Assembly (NCBI GenBank): GCA_963720545.1
Contig: OY970399.1
Coordinates: forward strand, 3,232,001-3,296,000
DNA length: 64,000 bases
Reading direction: 5' to 3'
Source of the DNA: an uncultured Acidobacteriota bacterium
Lineage (GTDB): Bacteria; Acidobacteriota; Vicinamibacteria; Fen-336
Under the pieces are notes generated by a model that saw only the letters and a program-made list of their open reading frames with translations, did no database searches and was not told where the DNA came from. Within the stretch, counting starts at the first letter, position 1. Each line of letters starts with the position of its first letter. Shown here one piece after another: positions 7,949-17,184 of this stretch. The position numbers and the translations under genes were made by a program.

Positions 7949-9514
7949 TCACTCTCTTGCCAGCCCGACGCGCGCGAGGATTTTCGCACGGAGCGACGAA
8001 TCCAGGGCGAACCGCCAGTACAGGGGGACCAGGCTCACCAGCGCCCACGCCGCGGCAACTCCGAGCATGCCCCACGGTCTCGGTATCGGCAAATGATGGA
8101 TGAAAAACAGGCCTAAAGCATAGGGCGTGCAGTAGATGAACGGCTTGGCCAGCGATGACTTGTAGTAGCTAAACACGTTGAAGTGCAGGACGCGCGCCGC
8201 GGCGATCGGCGTGACCGTGCCCACAAAGACGGTGCGTGCCAGCGACACGGCGAGCGCCGCGCCCGTGAGCCCCCAGCCAAGCCGCACGGTGAACAGGTAG
8301 CTGAGCCCGAGGCCGGTGGCCGCGGCGAGCAGCGATTGCTTCGCGAACTGGCCGTGGCGGTTGAGCCCGGCGAGCACTGCCCACACCGGCTTGAACACGA
8401 TGCCCACCAGATTGCCGAGCGCCAGCGCCGCAACCAGGTAACCGTGCGGCGAATACGCCGGCCCCATCCAGGCCCAGAGCAGGTCGTCACCGAGGATCGC
8501 GAAGCTGGTCATCAGAGGCACGACGAAGAATGCGGTGGTGCGCGTCGCCGAAAAGAGCAGATCGCGCACGGCAGTCATGTCGCCGCGGCCCTGCAGCGAG
8601 CTGGCCGTCGGCGTCAGGACGAACGCGAACTTGTCGGCGAGGCTCTCTGTGTGGCGAATGATTGCCCACGGCCGCGCATAGAGGGCGAGCTGCGAGACGC
8701 CGGCGGCGGCAGTGACCATGAGGCTGTTGCCCTGGATCAGGATCAGCGACGAGAGTTGCACGAGGCTGGTCTTGAGGCCGTACGCGAAGGTCTCCTTCGC
8801 CTGCCCGCGGTCGAAGAGCGCGAGCGACACGCGCATCTCCGGACAGACCCTGTAGGCGAGCCTGGCGCGGAACAGCTCGGTGAGGATGGTGATGACGAGC
8901 GTCGCCACGCCAAGGCCGACGATGCCGTAGCCGAGCATCAGCACGATGATGTTGGCGATCACCTGCACGGCGTACGATCCGGCCGCGAGGGCGTTGTGCA
9001 GGTCCCAGCGGTGGCAGCCGGTGATGACGCCGCGGTAGAGGTCGAACGCCATCTGCACGGCAAGGCTCAGGCCGAGCAGCGCCACCAGGACCTGCGCCCG
9101 GCCCACGTCCTCGCCGAGCTGCGCGCCGAACCAGTGTGGCACGCCCCAGGTGGCGGCCAGGGTAAAGAGGGTAACGAGCAGCGCGACGCCGAGCTGCAGC
9201 ATCATCGTCGACGAGGTGACCCGGCGCAGCCCCGCGACGTCGTGCACCGCCCGGTGCTTGGCGACGTAACGGTTCACGGACGAGCCGATGCCGACCTGGG
9301 CGATGCCGAAGTAGGCGACCAGGTTCCAGGCGAAGTCCCAGAGGCCGAGCCCGGCCTGGCCGACCTTGCGGTCGATGATCGGCGGCACGATGAAGCCGCC
9401 GACGATGAAGACGAGGTAGCCGCCCCAGCTCGTCAGGACGTTGCGCAGCAGGCGGCTGCGGCCGGTGAGATCGATGGGGCCGGTCTCGATCCGCGCCGGC
9501 GGCGGATCGCTCAT
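7949..9514 (-). CDS. Wzx/MOP-family oligosaccharide flippase (polysaccharide export); start may be GTG 9544
   Basis: About 12-14 hydrophobic segments. Typical N-terminus (LLRNVLTSW..GLWDFAW..GIGSSVNRYVA) plus QLALYA and LLWAWMGPAY. Confidence 0.85.
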   Translation of the reverse strand: MSDPPPARIETGPIDLTGRSRLLRNVLTSWGGYLVFIVGGFIVPPIIDRKVGQAGLGLWDFAWNLVAYFGIAQVGIGSSVNRYVAKHRAVHDVAGLRRVTSSTMMLQLGVALLVTLFTLAATWGVPHWFGAQLGEDVGRAQVLVALLGLSLAVQMAFDLYRGVITGCHRWDLHNALAAGSYAVQVIANIIVLMLGYGIVGLGVATLVITILTELFRARLAYRVCPEMRVSLALFDRGQAKETFAYGLKTSLVQLSSLILIQGNSLMVTAAAGVSQLALYARPWAIIRHTESLADKFAFVLTPTASSLQGRGDMTAVRDLLFSATRTTAFFVVPLMTSFAILGDDLLWAWMGPAYSPHGYLVAALALGNLVGIVFKPVWAVLAGLNRHGQFAKQSLLAAATGLGLSYLFTVRLGWGLTGAALAVSLARTVFVGTVTPIAAARVLHFNVFSYYKSSLAKPFIYCTPYALGLFFIHHLPIPRPWGMLGVAAAWALVSLVPLYWRFALDSSLRAKILARVGLARE

Positions 9515-9572
9515 CGGCGACTGCGGCGTCAGCGGCTCGCTCACCGGCGGGCCCGGTATATCATCCTTCCCC

Positions 9573-10760
9573 ATGCCTATCGGAACCCCGCTTCACAGCC
9601 GCACATCACAGTTGTGCGAGAGCCTCAACTGGCGCGACTGGGCCGGTTACTTCGCAGTCAGCGCCTATGAAGCGACCCACGAACACGAGTACAACGCCAT
9701 CCGGCAGGCTTCGGCGCTCATCGACATCTCGCCGCTGTTCAAGTATCTCGTCACCGGAACCGACGCGGCAAGGCTCATCGACCGCGTGATCACCCGCGAC
9801 GCGCACAAGATCTCCGTGGGTCAGGTCGTCTATACCCACTGGTGCGACGGTGACGGCAAGGTGATCGATGACGGCACTGTGGCGCGGCTCGAGGACGGAC
9901 TTTACAGGTGGACCGCGGCGGAGCCTACTCTGCGCTGGATCCGCCAGAACGCAACCGGCCTCGACGTCAACGTCGAGGACGTCTCGGAACGCATCGCCGC
10001 GCTCGCGCTGCAGGGGCCCACTTCGAAGGCGCTGCTCGCGAGCTGCGCCGAGGGCGACATCGCCGGCCTCAAGTATTTCCGCGTGATGAAGTCGCGCATC
10101 GGCGGCATCGACGTGCAGGTCTCGCGCACCGGCTACACCGGCGACCTCGGCTACGAGATCTGGTCGGCGGCCGGAGACGGGCCGCGCGTCTGGGACGCGC
10201 TGATGGACGCGGGCCGCGCCTTCGACATCACGCCCACCGGCATCCTGGCTCTCGACGTCGCGCGCATCGAGGCCGGCATGATCATGCTCGACGTCGACTA
10301 CACCGGTGCCAAGAAGGCGATGATTCCCTCGCAACGCTACACGCCGTACGAAATCGGCCTCGGCCGGCTCGTCAAGCTCGACAAGGGCCCCTTCATCGGC
10401 CAGCAGGCGCTGCAGCGTGAAGCAAAGCGCGGCCCGGCGCGCAGCCTCGTGGGAATAGAGGTGGACTGGCACGACGTCGAGAGCCTGCACGACAAGGCCG
10501 GCCTGCCGCCGCAGATCGCGGCCACCGCTTCGCGCGCCTCGATCCCGCTCTACCAGGACTCGGTGCAGGTGGGCCGCGTGACGAGCAGCGCCTGGTCGCC
10601 GCTCCTCAAGAAGCTCATCGGCCTCGCGTCGGTGCGCACCGACATGGCAAAGCCAGGCCAGCGGCTCGACATGGAACTCACGGTCGACCACAAGCGATTG
10701 CTGGCGGGCGCCACGGTAGCAAACCTGCCGTTCTTCGACCCGCCGCGCAAGAAGGCCTGA
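9573..10760 (+). CDS. Aminomethyltransferase (GcvT/DmdA-like folate-binding) family protein
   Basis: GTPLHSR, LIDISPLFKY, GKVIDDGT, LALQGP, SRTGYTGDLGYEIW, ARIEAG, PFFDP. No gcvH or gcvP nearby. Confidence 0.9.
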   Translation: MPIGTPLHSRTSQLCESLNWRDWAGYFAVSAYEATHEHEYNAIRQASALIDISPLFKYLVTGTDAARLIDRVITRDAHKISVGQVVYTHWCDGDGKVIDDGTVARLEDGLYRWTAAEPTLRWIRQNATGLDVNVEDVSERIAALALQGPTSKALLASCAEGDIAGLKYFRVMKSRIGGIDVQVSRTGYTGDLGYEIWSAAGDGPRVWDALMDAGRAFDITPTGILALDVARIEAGMIMLDVDYTGAKKAMIPSQRYTPYEIGLGRLVKLDKGPFIGQQALQREAKRGPARSLVGIEVDWHDVESLHDKAGLPPQIAATASRASIPLYQDSVQVGRVTSSAWSPLLKKLIGLASVRTDMAKPGQRLDMELTVDHKRLLAGATVANLPFFDPPRKKA

Positions 10761-10764
10761 AGCC

Positions 10765-11199
10765 CTAGTTCTTGTCGGGCCCTTGCGGCAAGGGCGGGTT
10801 GGCGGTGTGGTTCTTCGTGTTCTTGCCGCCCCATTGGAGGCTCACGAGATCGGCGGCCCCCGGATGGCTGGGCGTGCGCACGTTCATGCCACGCCCATAG
10901 ATCGAATACTCGAGCCCAAAGCTGTCCCACCACTGCTGCATCGTGGTGTTGACATCCCGCGGCGCGGCCCGCACATCGATCGTGTCGTGAAACCGCGGCG
11001 AGTCGGGAAGGATCGGAGTCCCAGGCGGCCCATCGGAATACTGGGCGCCCCAAGGCCCGAGATTGAGCCGCGGCCTCGGCGCCCTGGCGTTGGATTTCGC
11101 GGTGCCCTTGGCGCCCGGCGACGGCGAAGCATGCTGCGCAACAGCGCTCCCCGCCACCAGCAAGGCCACCACGCCCAGCGCCGCCACCAGACCCTTCAT
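10765..11199 (-). CDS. Hypothetical secreted protein
   Basis: Signal peptide MKGLVAALGVVALLVAGSAVA. TAGAGT -10-like hexamer 7 nt upstream of the ATG. Confidence 0.65.
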   Translation of the reverse strand: MKGLVAALGVVALLVAGSAVAQHASPSPGAKGTAKSNARAPRPRLNLGPWGAQYSDGPPGTPILPDSPRFHDTIDVRAAPRDVNTTMQQWWDSFGLEYSIYGRGMNVRTPSHPGAADLVSLQWGGKNTKNHTANPPLPQGPDKN

Positions 11200-11719
11200 C
11201 CCGTCCACTCTACCAATCTTGATCCAGCGAACGAGCCCTACGCGCACTGCTGCCGGAACAATGGTGGTCGATGCTGTGCGATCGGCGCGGTTGTTGGCTT
11301 GGTTGGCCGTGGGCACGCGGCGGCATCGTTAGGTGCGTTCGTGGCGCCGTGACGCCAGGGAAGCGAAGCCGCCGATCACTGGTGACGATCAATGAAGCTC
11401 ACACCGAAAAGCGAGTGGTCAGGAGACGCAATGAAACTCCTCTTCGGTGGGGCGTATCGCTCGGAGTCCATTACACGGCGGCCGTGCTGCAGCGGGTTGC
11501 ACGCCGAGGTTGGTGACGGACTCCCAAAATGTAGGTGCGCCTTGAGGACACTGACTTATCTAATGGTAATCACGAGTTGTGCGTCAATGGCTCGTGTTTC
11601 GCTTCTGCCAGTGCCGGCTAAGAGGGCGATGGCACGATACTTTTTTTCTGGGCGTTTTCAGGCGATTTTGCGAATTCCCAGCAAAGAGGCGGGTTCGGTG
11701 CGACGCTAAAGTCTTGTAA

Positions 11720-11766
11720 CGACAAGGTATAGCGCGATAGAATGAGAGCACCACAAGATGTAGCGC
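11720..11766. promoter_or_regulatory. Tandem NrdR boxes upstream of nrdJ
   Basis: cgaCAAGGTATAGcgc (core 11723-11732) and ccaCAAGATGTAGcgc (core 11754-11763) match acaCwAtATaTwGtgt and lie 31 bp apart, the usual NrdR tandem spacing. Confidence 0.8.
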
Positions 11767-11773
11767 TTTTTTC

Positions 11774-11802
11774 TTGACAGTCCCGCTACGCCCGAGAAAA
11801 AT
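11774..11802 (+). promoter_or_regulatory. Putative sigma70 promoter of nrdJ
   Basis: Perfect TTGACA (11774-11779), 17-bp spacer, then AAAAAT; directly downstream of the NrdR boxes. Confidence 0.5.
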
Positions 11803-11930
11803 ACCGATCCGCTAAACGGCACAGGACGCGATTGAACGAAGCGGAATGTTAGGGGTCGGGCCCGGGGCGGCAACGAGCCGGGTGACCATTAGAAGTAAGC
11901 AATATTGAGAGTCGAGCAGGAGGACCACAC

Positions 11931-14726
11931 ATGTCCACTCATCCCGTCGAGAGCGGGAGAACCGAGCGCAGGGCCGCCACGGCAGCCGAGCGACGCAAGC
12001 TGAACTTCAAGCGGCATTTCACCAGGCCCGGCCGGAGTCCGTACGACGAGGTTGTGTGGGAGACGCGGTCCGCCGTCATCAACGACGAGAAGGGCAAGCC
12101 GGTGTTCGAGCAGCACGACATCGAAGTGCCGGTGTCGTGGAGCCAGACGGCCACCAACATCGTGGCCTCCAAATACTTCCGCGGCCAGATGGGCACGCCG
12201 GAGCGCGAGAAGAGCGTCCGCGGCCTCATCGGCCGCGTCGCCGACACCATCGTCGGCTGGGCGAAGGCGCAGGGATATTTCGCGACCGCCGAAGACCTGC
12301 AGGCGTTCAGCGACGAGCTGACACACCTGCTCCTCGAGCAGAAGGCCGCCTTCAACTCTCCTGTGTGGTTCAACGTCGGCGTCGAGGCGCGTCCGCAGGC
12401 CTCCGCCTGCTTCATCAACTCGGTGCAGGACACGATGGATTCCATCCTCGGCCTCGCCAAGACCGAAGGCATGCTCTTCAAGTTCGGCTCGGGCACCGGC
12501 TCCAACCTGTCCACCATCCGCTCCTCCAAGGAACATCTCGCGGGCGGCGGCACCGCGTCGGGTCCGGTCTCGTTCATGCGCGGCTACGACGCGTTTGCCG
12601 GCGTCATCAAGAGCGGCGGCAAGACGCGCCGCGCCGCCAAGATGGTGATCCTCAACATCGACCATCCCGACGTCGAGGAGTTCATCACCAGCAAGGCCGA
12701 TGAAGAGCGCAAGGCGTGGGCGCTGATCGACGCCGGCTACGACGGCGCCTTCAACGTGCGCGGCGGCGCCTACGACTCGGTGTTCTTCCAGAACGCCAAC
12801 CACTCGGTGCGCGTCACCGACGAGTTCATGCGCGCGGTGGTCGAGGACAAGCCGTGGCAGACGCGCTTCGTCCTCAAGGAGCGCGTCGCCGAAACCTTCC
12901 AGGCGCGCGACCTCATGAAGAAGATGGCGGAAGCGGCCTGGCAGTGCGGCGACCCCGGGATGCAGTACGACACCACCATCAACGACTGGCACACGTGTCC
13001 GAACACGGCGCGCATCAACGCCAGCAACCCGTGCTCCGAATACATGTTCCTCGACGACACGGCCTGCAACCTGGCCTCGCTCAACCTCATGAAGTTCCGC
13101 CGCGAGGATGGCGAGTTCGACACCGAAGCGTTCCAGGCCGCGTGCCGCACGCTCATCACCGCGCAGGAAATCCTGGTGGACAACGCCAGCTACCCGACGC
13201 CGGCGATCGAGCGCAACAGCCACGACTTCCGGCCGCTCGGCCTCGGCTACGCCAACCTCGGCGTGCTGCTCATGGACCGCGGCCTGCCTTACGACTCCGA
13301 TGCCGGCCGCAGCTTCGCGGCCGCCATCACCGCCCTGATGCACGGCGAGGCCTACGCGCAGAGCGCGCGGGTGGCGGCAGCCATGGGCCCGTTCGCGGGC
13401 TACGCGGTGAACGCCGAGCCGATGCTGAAAGTCATCGACAAGCACCGCCAGCACGCCCACAAGATCGACGAGAACCTGGTGGCGAAAGACCTGCTGCGCG
13501 CGGCGCTCGACGTCTGGGACGAGACCTACGCGCTCGGTGTGCAGCACGGCTATCGCAACAGCCAGGTCACCGTGCTGGCGCCCACCGGCACCATCGGCTT
13601 CATGATGGACTGCGACACCACCGGCATCGAGCCGGACATCGCGCTCGTCAAGTACAAGAAGCTGGTCGGCGGCGGCATGATCAAGATCGTCAACCAGTCG
13701 ACGCCCGGCATCCTCAAGAAGCTCGGCTACGGCGGCGGCCAGGTGGAGGACATTGTCAAGTACATCGACGAGCGCGAAACCATCGAAGGCGCGCCGCACC
13801 TGAAGGACGAGCACCTCGCGGTGTTCGACTGCGCCTTCCCGCCGGCGAACGGCAAGCGCACCATCCACTACATGGGCCACATCAAGATGATGGCGGCGGT
13901 GCAGCCGTTCCTCTCGGGCGCCATCTCCAAGACGGTCAACATGCCGACCGACGCCACGCCCGACGAAATCTCGAATGCCTACCTCGAGTCGTGGCGCATG
14001 GGCCTCAAGGCGGTGGCCGTCTACCGCGACGGCTGCAAGCGCAGCCAGCCGCTCAGCACCAGCAAGGACGAGGGCAAGACCGCGGTCGTTGCGGCGGCGG
14101 ATGGCGCCATGGTCCCTCTCGAAGGCGGTGTGATGCCGGCGCGGCGCAAGCTGCCCGACGAACGCCACTCCATCACCCACAAGTTCTCGATTTCCGGCCA
14201 CGAGGGCTACATCACGGCCGGCATGTACGAGGACGGCAAGCCCGGCGAGATCTTCGTGGTGATGGCCAAGGAAGGCTCCACCATCTCCGGCGTGATGGAC
14301 GCGTTCGCCACCTCCATCTCGATGGCGCTGCAGTACGGCGTGCCGCTGGAGGCGCTGGTCGAGAAGTTCGCGCACGTGCGCTACGAGCCGTCCGGCTTCA
14401 CCACCAACCCGGAGATCCCGTTCGCCAAGAGCATCACCGACTACATCTTCCGGTGGCTCGCGTCGAAGTTCCTCAGCACCGAGGCGCAGGAGGCGGTGGG
14501 CAACCAGGTGTCGGCCAAGCCGAAGAACGAGATCTCCTCGGCCAGCGTTCGCGAAGGCGCCGCGGCGGTTTCGCACCACACGGCTCCGGTGACAACGAGT
14601 TCTGCGCCCTCGGCGTTCAAGAGCCAGCTCGATGCACCGTCTTGCCACTACTGCGGCAGCATTATGACCCGCAACGGCAGCTGCTACCGCTGCGCCAACT
14701 GCGGCTCCACCAGTGGCTGCTCCTGA
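11931..14726 (+). CDS. nrdJ: Vitamin B12-dependent (class II) ribonucleotide reductase
   Basis: FNSPVWFN, SACFI, GGKTRRAAKM, NPCSEY thiyl motif, LGLGYANLG, APTGTI, ISKTVN, VYRDG, TSCPD-like C-domain and a C-terminal CxxC..CxxC..GCS. AGGAGG RBS. Confidence 0.97.
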   Translation: MSTHPVESGRTERRAATAAERRKLNFKRHFTRPGRSPYDEVVWETRSAVINDEKGKPVFEQHDIEVPVSWSQTATNIVASKYFRGQMGTPEREKSVRGLIGRVADTIVGWAKAQGYFATAEDLQAFSDELTHLLLEQKAAFNSPVWFNVGVEARPQASACFINSVQDTMDSILGLAKTEGMLFKFGSGTGSNLSTIRSSKEHLAGGGTASGPVSFMRGYDAFAGVIKSGGKTRRAAKMVILNIDHPDVEEFITSKADEERKAWALIDAGYDGAFNVRGGAYDSVFFQNANHSVRVTDEFMRAVVEDKPWQTRFVLKERVAETFQARDLMKKMAEAAWQCGDPGMQYDTTINDWHTCPNTARINASNPCSEYMFLDDTACNLASLNLMKFRREDGEFDTEAFQAACRTLITAQEILVDNASYPTPAIERNSHDFRPLGLGYANLGVLLMDRGLPYDSDAGRSFAAAITALMHGEAYAQSARVAAAMGPFAGYAVNAEPMLKVIDKHRQHAHKIDENLVAKDLLRAALDVWDETYALGVQHGYRNSQVTVLAPTGTIGFMMDCDTTGIEPDIALVKYKKLVGGGMIKIVNQSTPGILKKLGYGGGQVEDIVKYIDERETIEGAPHLKDEHLAVFDCAFPPANGKRTIHYMGHIKMMAAVQPFLSGAISKTVNMPTDATPDEISNAYLESWRMGLKAVAVYRDGCKRSQPLSTSKDEGKTAVVAAADGAMVPLEGGVMPARRKLPDERHSITHKFSISGHEGYITAGMYEDGKPGEIFVVMAKEGSTISGVMDAFATSISMALQYGVPLEALVEKFAHVRYEPSGFTTNPEIPFAKSITDYIFRWLASKFLSTEAQEAVGNQVSAKPKNEISSASVREGAAAVSHHTAPVTTSSAPSAFKSQLDAPSCHYCGSIMTRNGSCYRCANCGSTSGCS

Positions 14727-14730
14727 CAGC

Positions 14731-14761
14731 GTGAGAAGCGCCGGCTGACGGCGCTTCTCAC
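14731..14761 (+). terminator. Perfect 13-bp stem hairpin after nrdJ (putative terminator)
   Basis: GTGAGAAGCGCCG-gctga-CGGCGCTTCTCAC; weak U-tract. Confidence 0.6.
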
Positions 14762-14784
14762 TTCATCCTGACGGCCGCAGACTG

Positions 14785-17184
14785 ATGCGTCCGCCGCGAG
14801 CGCGGGATTTTCTTCTCGCGCTCGTTTTCTTTTTGCTGCACGCTTTGGCGCGCGAGGTAGACGGGGCACTCGGCGCCCTGCTGCACACGAGCGTCGACGT
14901 ACCGTCGGTGCTCATCCACCTGCCGCAAGCCTTCGCTCCAGCGGCCGGGGTGCGCATCGCGGCGTGGCTTGCTGCCGGCGTCCTGGGAGCGTTGTGGGTG
15001 GCTTCTGTCGAGCGCCCCCCGGCCCCTCGCGGGGTTGCAACGGCATTTGCGCCGCTCTTGTTGCGCTGTGTCATCACCGCGCTGGCCCTTGCGAGCGTGG
15101 CGCTGCGGCCGCACTATCCCTACGCCTTCACCTTGCCGGTCGCGCTCACGCAGGATCTCGGCCGGGCGCAGGATGCCGCGGCGCTTGCGGCGTTCCTGGC
15201 GGCACGGCCCTGGGGGTCCTTCGCGTTTCTCCGCCGGCTGCGCGCGCCGTCGCCTCTCGTTCTCGGTGTGGTCGCTTTCCTGCTGTTCGCCGCGTTCGTG
15301 CCACCGTCGATGCGCAGCTACGACGGGCACACCGGCAACGAGCCCAAGACGCTGCGCATGGCGGTGACACTTGGGCTGCGCGGCAGCCTCGACGTCGAGG
15401 GCATCGACCAGCCGATGGAGCAGGTCGCCGCGCGCCCCCTGGCCGCGAACCTGCGCTCTGCCGCGGCATCGCTGGGCCGGGAGACGTTCGCCATGGTGCG
15501 CGCCGCGCTGCCGGGCGGCGCCGGGCTCGGCCGTGACGCGCTCGCCGCCTCCCGCCTGTCTCGGCAGACGGTGACCGGGAAGGACGGCGGCGCTTTTCAC
15601 GTGCTGGCGCCCGGACCCTCTCTGCTGCTGGCGCCGCTGTTGCGCGCCGATCGGGCGCTGAACCTGTGGCGCGGCACGCCGGGCGGCCTGGCGCTGACCC
15701 TATGCGCCTGGTTCGCGATGTCGGCGCTCATCGTCTCGCTGATGCAACGGACCATGCGTGAACTGGGTACAGGTGCCGTGGCGGCCGCGCTGACGGCGGC
15801 GCTCGGCGCGCTGCTGCCGCCGCTCGTCTTCTTCTGGTACCAGTTCTATCCGGAGAGCCTGGGTGCCCTGGCGTTCCTCTGGATCGCACGGCGCCTGTTT
15901 CTCGTGGGCCGGCTCGATGACGATCGCGGCGGTGCCTTGTGGCAGCTCGCGTTCGTGATCGCGGCCATGCCGTGGCTGCACCAGAAGTTCCTCGCGGTGT
16001 GGGTCGCCCTCATCGTTGTGGCGGTGGGGAAGGCCGTGCACGACCTTGTTTCGTGGCGGACGGTCGCGGTGCTGCTGTGGCCGCAGGCGCTCTCGGCGTT
16101 CGCGTATGCGCTCTATAACTTTGCGATCACCGGCAGCGCTCGTCCCGACGCGCTGTTCCTCGCCTGGGGGCCGGGCGGCATCTCCAGCGCGCGCCTCGGC
16201 CTCGGCCTGTTCGGCCTGCTGTTCGACGCACGCTATGGCCTGCTGCCGTACGCGCCCTTCCTCCTGCTGGCGCCCGCCGGCGTCGTGCTCCTGTGGCGCT
16301 GCCGTTCGCCGATGCTCTTCATGCTGTTCCCGGCGGCCGTCTACTTCGTGACGGTCGCGTCGGCCAACAACTGGGCCGGCTCCATCTGCAACCTCGGCCG
16401 CTTCATGCTGGTGCTCGTACCGCTGATGGTGGTGGCCGCCGGGGTCGTCCTCGGTCATGTCGCGAAGGACCCCGGCCGCGTGGCCGTGTGCCTGGCGCTC
16501 GCGCTCTGGAGCCTGCTCTTCGCGCATGGACTGTGGCACGATCCTGAGGGCCTCAACGACTGTGCCGTGTTCCTGCGCGGCAGCGCCTACGCCGACGGCA
16601 ACGTCTACATCCCGAACTTGTGGCTGCCCGGCTGGAACAGCGCCACGCCGGCCCTGTTCGTTCGTCTGGCCGCCTGGCTCGCCGCCACCTTGGCGCTGAG
16701 CGGGTGGCTACTCCACGGCCATGATTCGCATCCCCGTCCCTATCGAATCATGGCCGTTTTCCTGGGCGTCACCCTCGCGCTCACCTTCCTACTCGAATTC
16801 ACTGGTTCGTTCCGCTCGTCCCCGATCTACGAAGACGCTCTTGCTTGGAGCGATGCTGACCCTGCGACCGCCACGGATCTCGTCTTCGTCGAAGGCGCCA
16901 CCGTCCACCGCGGACAGAACGCCATGGCACCCGCCGCCGGCGAAGTCCGCTTCCTGGTGCGCTCCCGCCGGCCGCTCGTACAACTGCCGCTGCTCGTGTT
17001 TGGCGACGGCCACGCCGCGTCGCGCGCCGGCTACTCGCAGCTGCGTCCCGCCGGCGTGCCGCTGAACGTGCCGCTCGAGTCGTTCGCGACACTGCGCGGC
17101 CGCGACGGCAACGAAGAGACGCTTTCGCGCGGTACGCTGCGCCTTCTTGCCGCGGCGCCGGTCAGCCTCGAAGTGCGCCGCTAG
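14785..17184 (+). CDS. Large polytopic membrane protein, possibly a GT-C-fold glycosyltransferase
   Basis: Many TM segments; GNEP loop, QFYPES, PWLHQKF, GLLFDARYGLLPYAP, GRF; soluble C-terminal domain. Confidence 0.6.
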   Translation: MRPPRARDFLLALVFFLLHALAREVDGALGALLHTSVDVPSVLIHLPQAFAPAAGVRIAAWLAAGVLGALWVASVERPPAPRGVATAFAPLLLRCVITALALASVALRPHYPYAFTLPVALTQDLGRAQDAAALAAFLAARPWGSFAFLRRLRAPSPLVLGVVAFLLFAAFVPPSMRSYDGHTGNEPKTLRMAVTLGLRGSLDVEGIDQPMEQVAARPLAANLRSAAASLGRETFAMVRAALPGGAGLGRDALAASRLSRQTVTGKDGGAFHVLAPGPSLLLAPLLRADRALNLWRGTPGGLALTLCAWFAMSALIVSLMQRTMRELGTGAVAAALTAALGALLPPLVFFWYQFYPESLGALAFLWIARRLFLVGRLDDDRGGALWQLAFVIAAMPWLHQKFLAVWVALIVVAVGKAVHDLVSWRTVAVLLWPQALSAFAYALYNFAITGSARPDALFLAWGPGGISSARLGLGLFGLLFDARYGLLPYAPFLLLAPAGVVLLWRCRSPMLFMLFPAAVYFVTVASANNWAGSICNLGRFMLVLVPLMVVAAGVVLGHVAKDPGRVAVCLALALWSLLFAHGLWHDPEGLNDCAVFLRGSAYADGNVYIPNLWLPGWNSATPALFVRLAAWLAATLALSGWLLHGHDSHPRPYRIMAVFLGVTLALTFLLEFTGSFRSSPIYEDALAWSDADPATATDLVFVEGATVHRGQNAMAPAAGEVRFLVRSRRPLVQLPLLVFGDGHAASRAGYSQLRPAGVPLNVPLESFATLRGRDGNEETLSRGTLRLLAAAPVSLEVRR

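Noticed and set aside
11331..11427. Calling a cobalamin riboswitch as a feature
   Set aside because: Only scattered fragments match and the core elements are missing. Kept only as a low-confidence ncRNA finding.
11889..14648. 919-aa antisense ORF over nrdJ, and similar long shadow ORFs (e.g. 3553-5514, 29574-31562, 43581-45905, 53670-55754)
   Set aside because: Stop-poor antisense or alternate frames are expected at this GC content. They have no recognisable motifs and overlap well-supported genes.
11931..14726. Intein or intron in nrdJ
   Set aside because: Continuous RNR motifs; no C/S...HN splice junctions and no LAGLIDADG insert seen.
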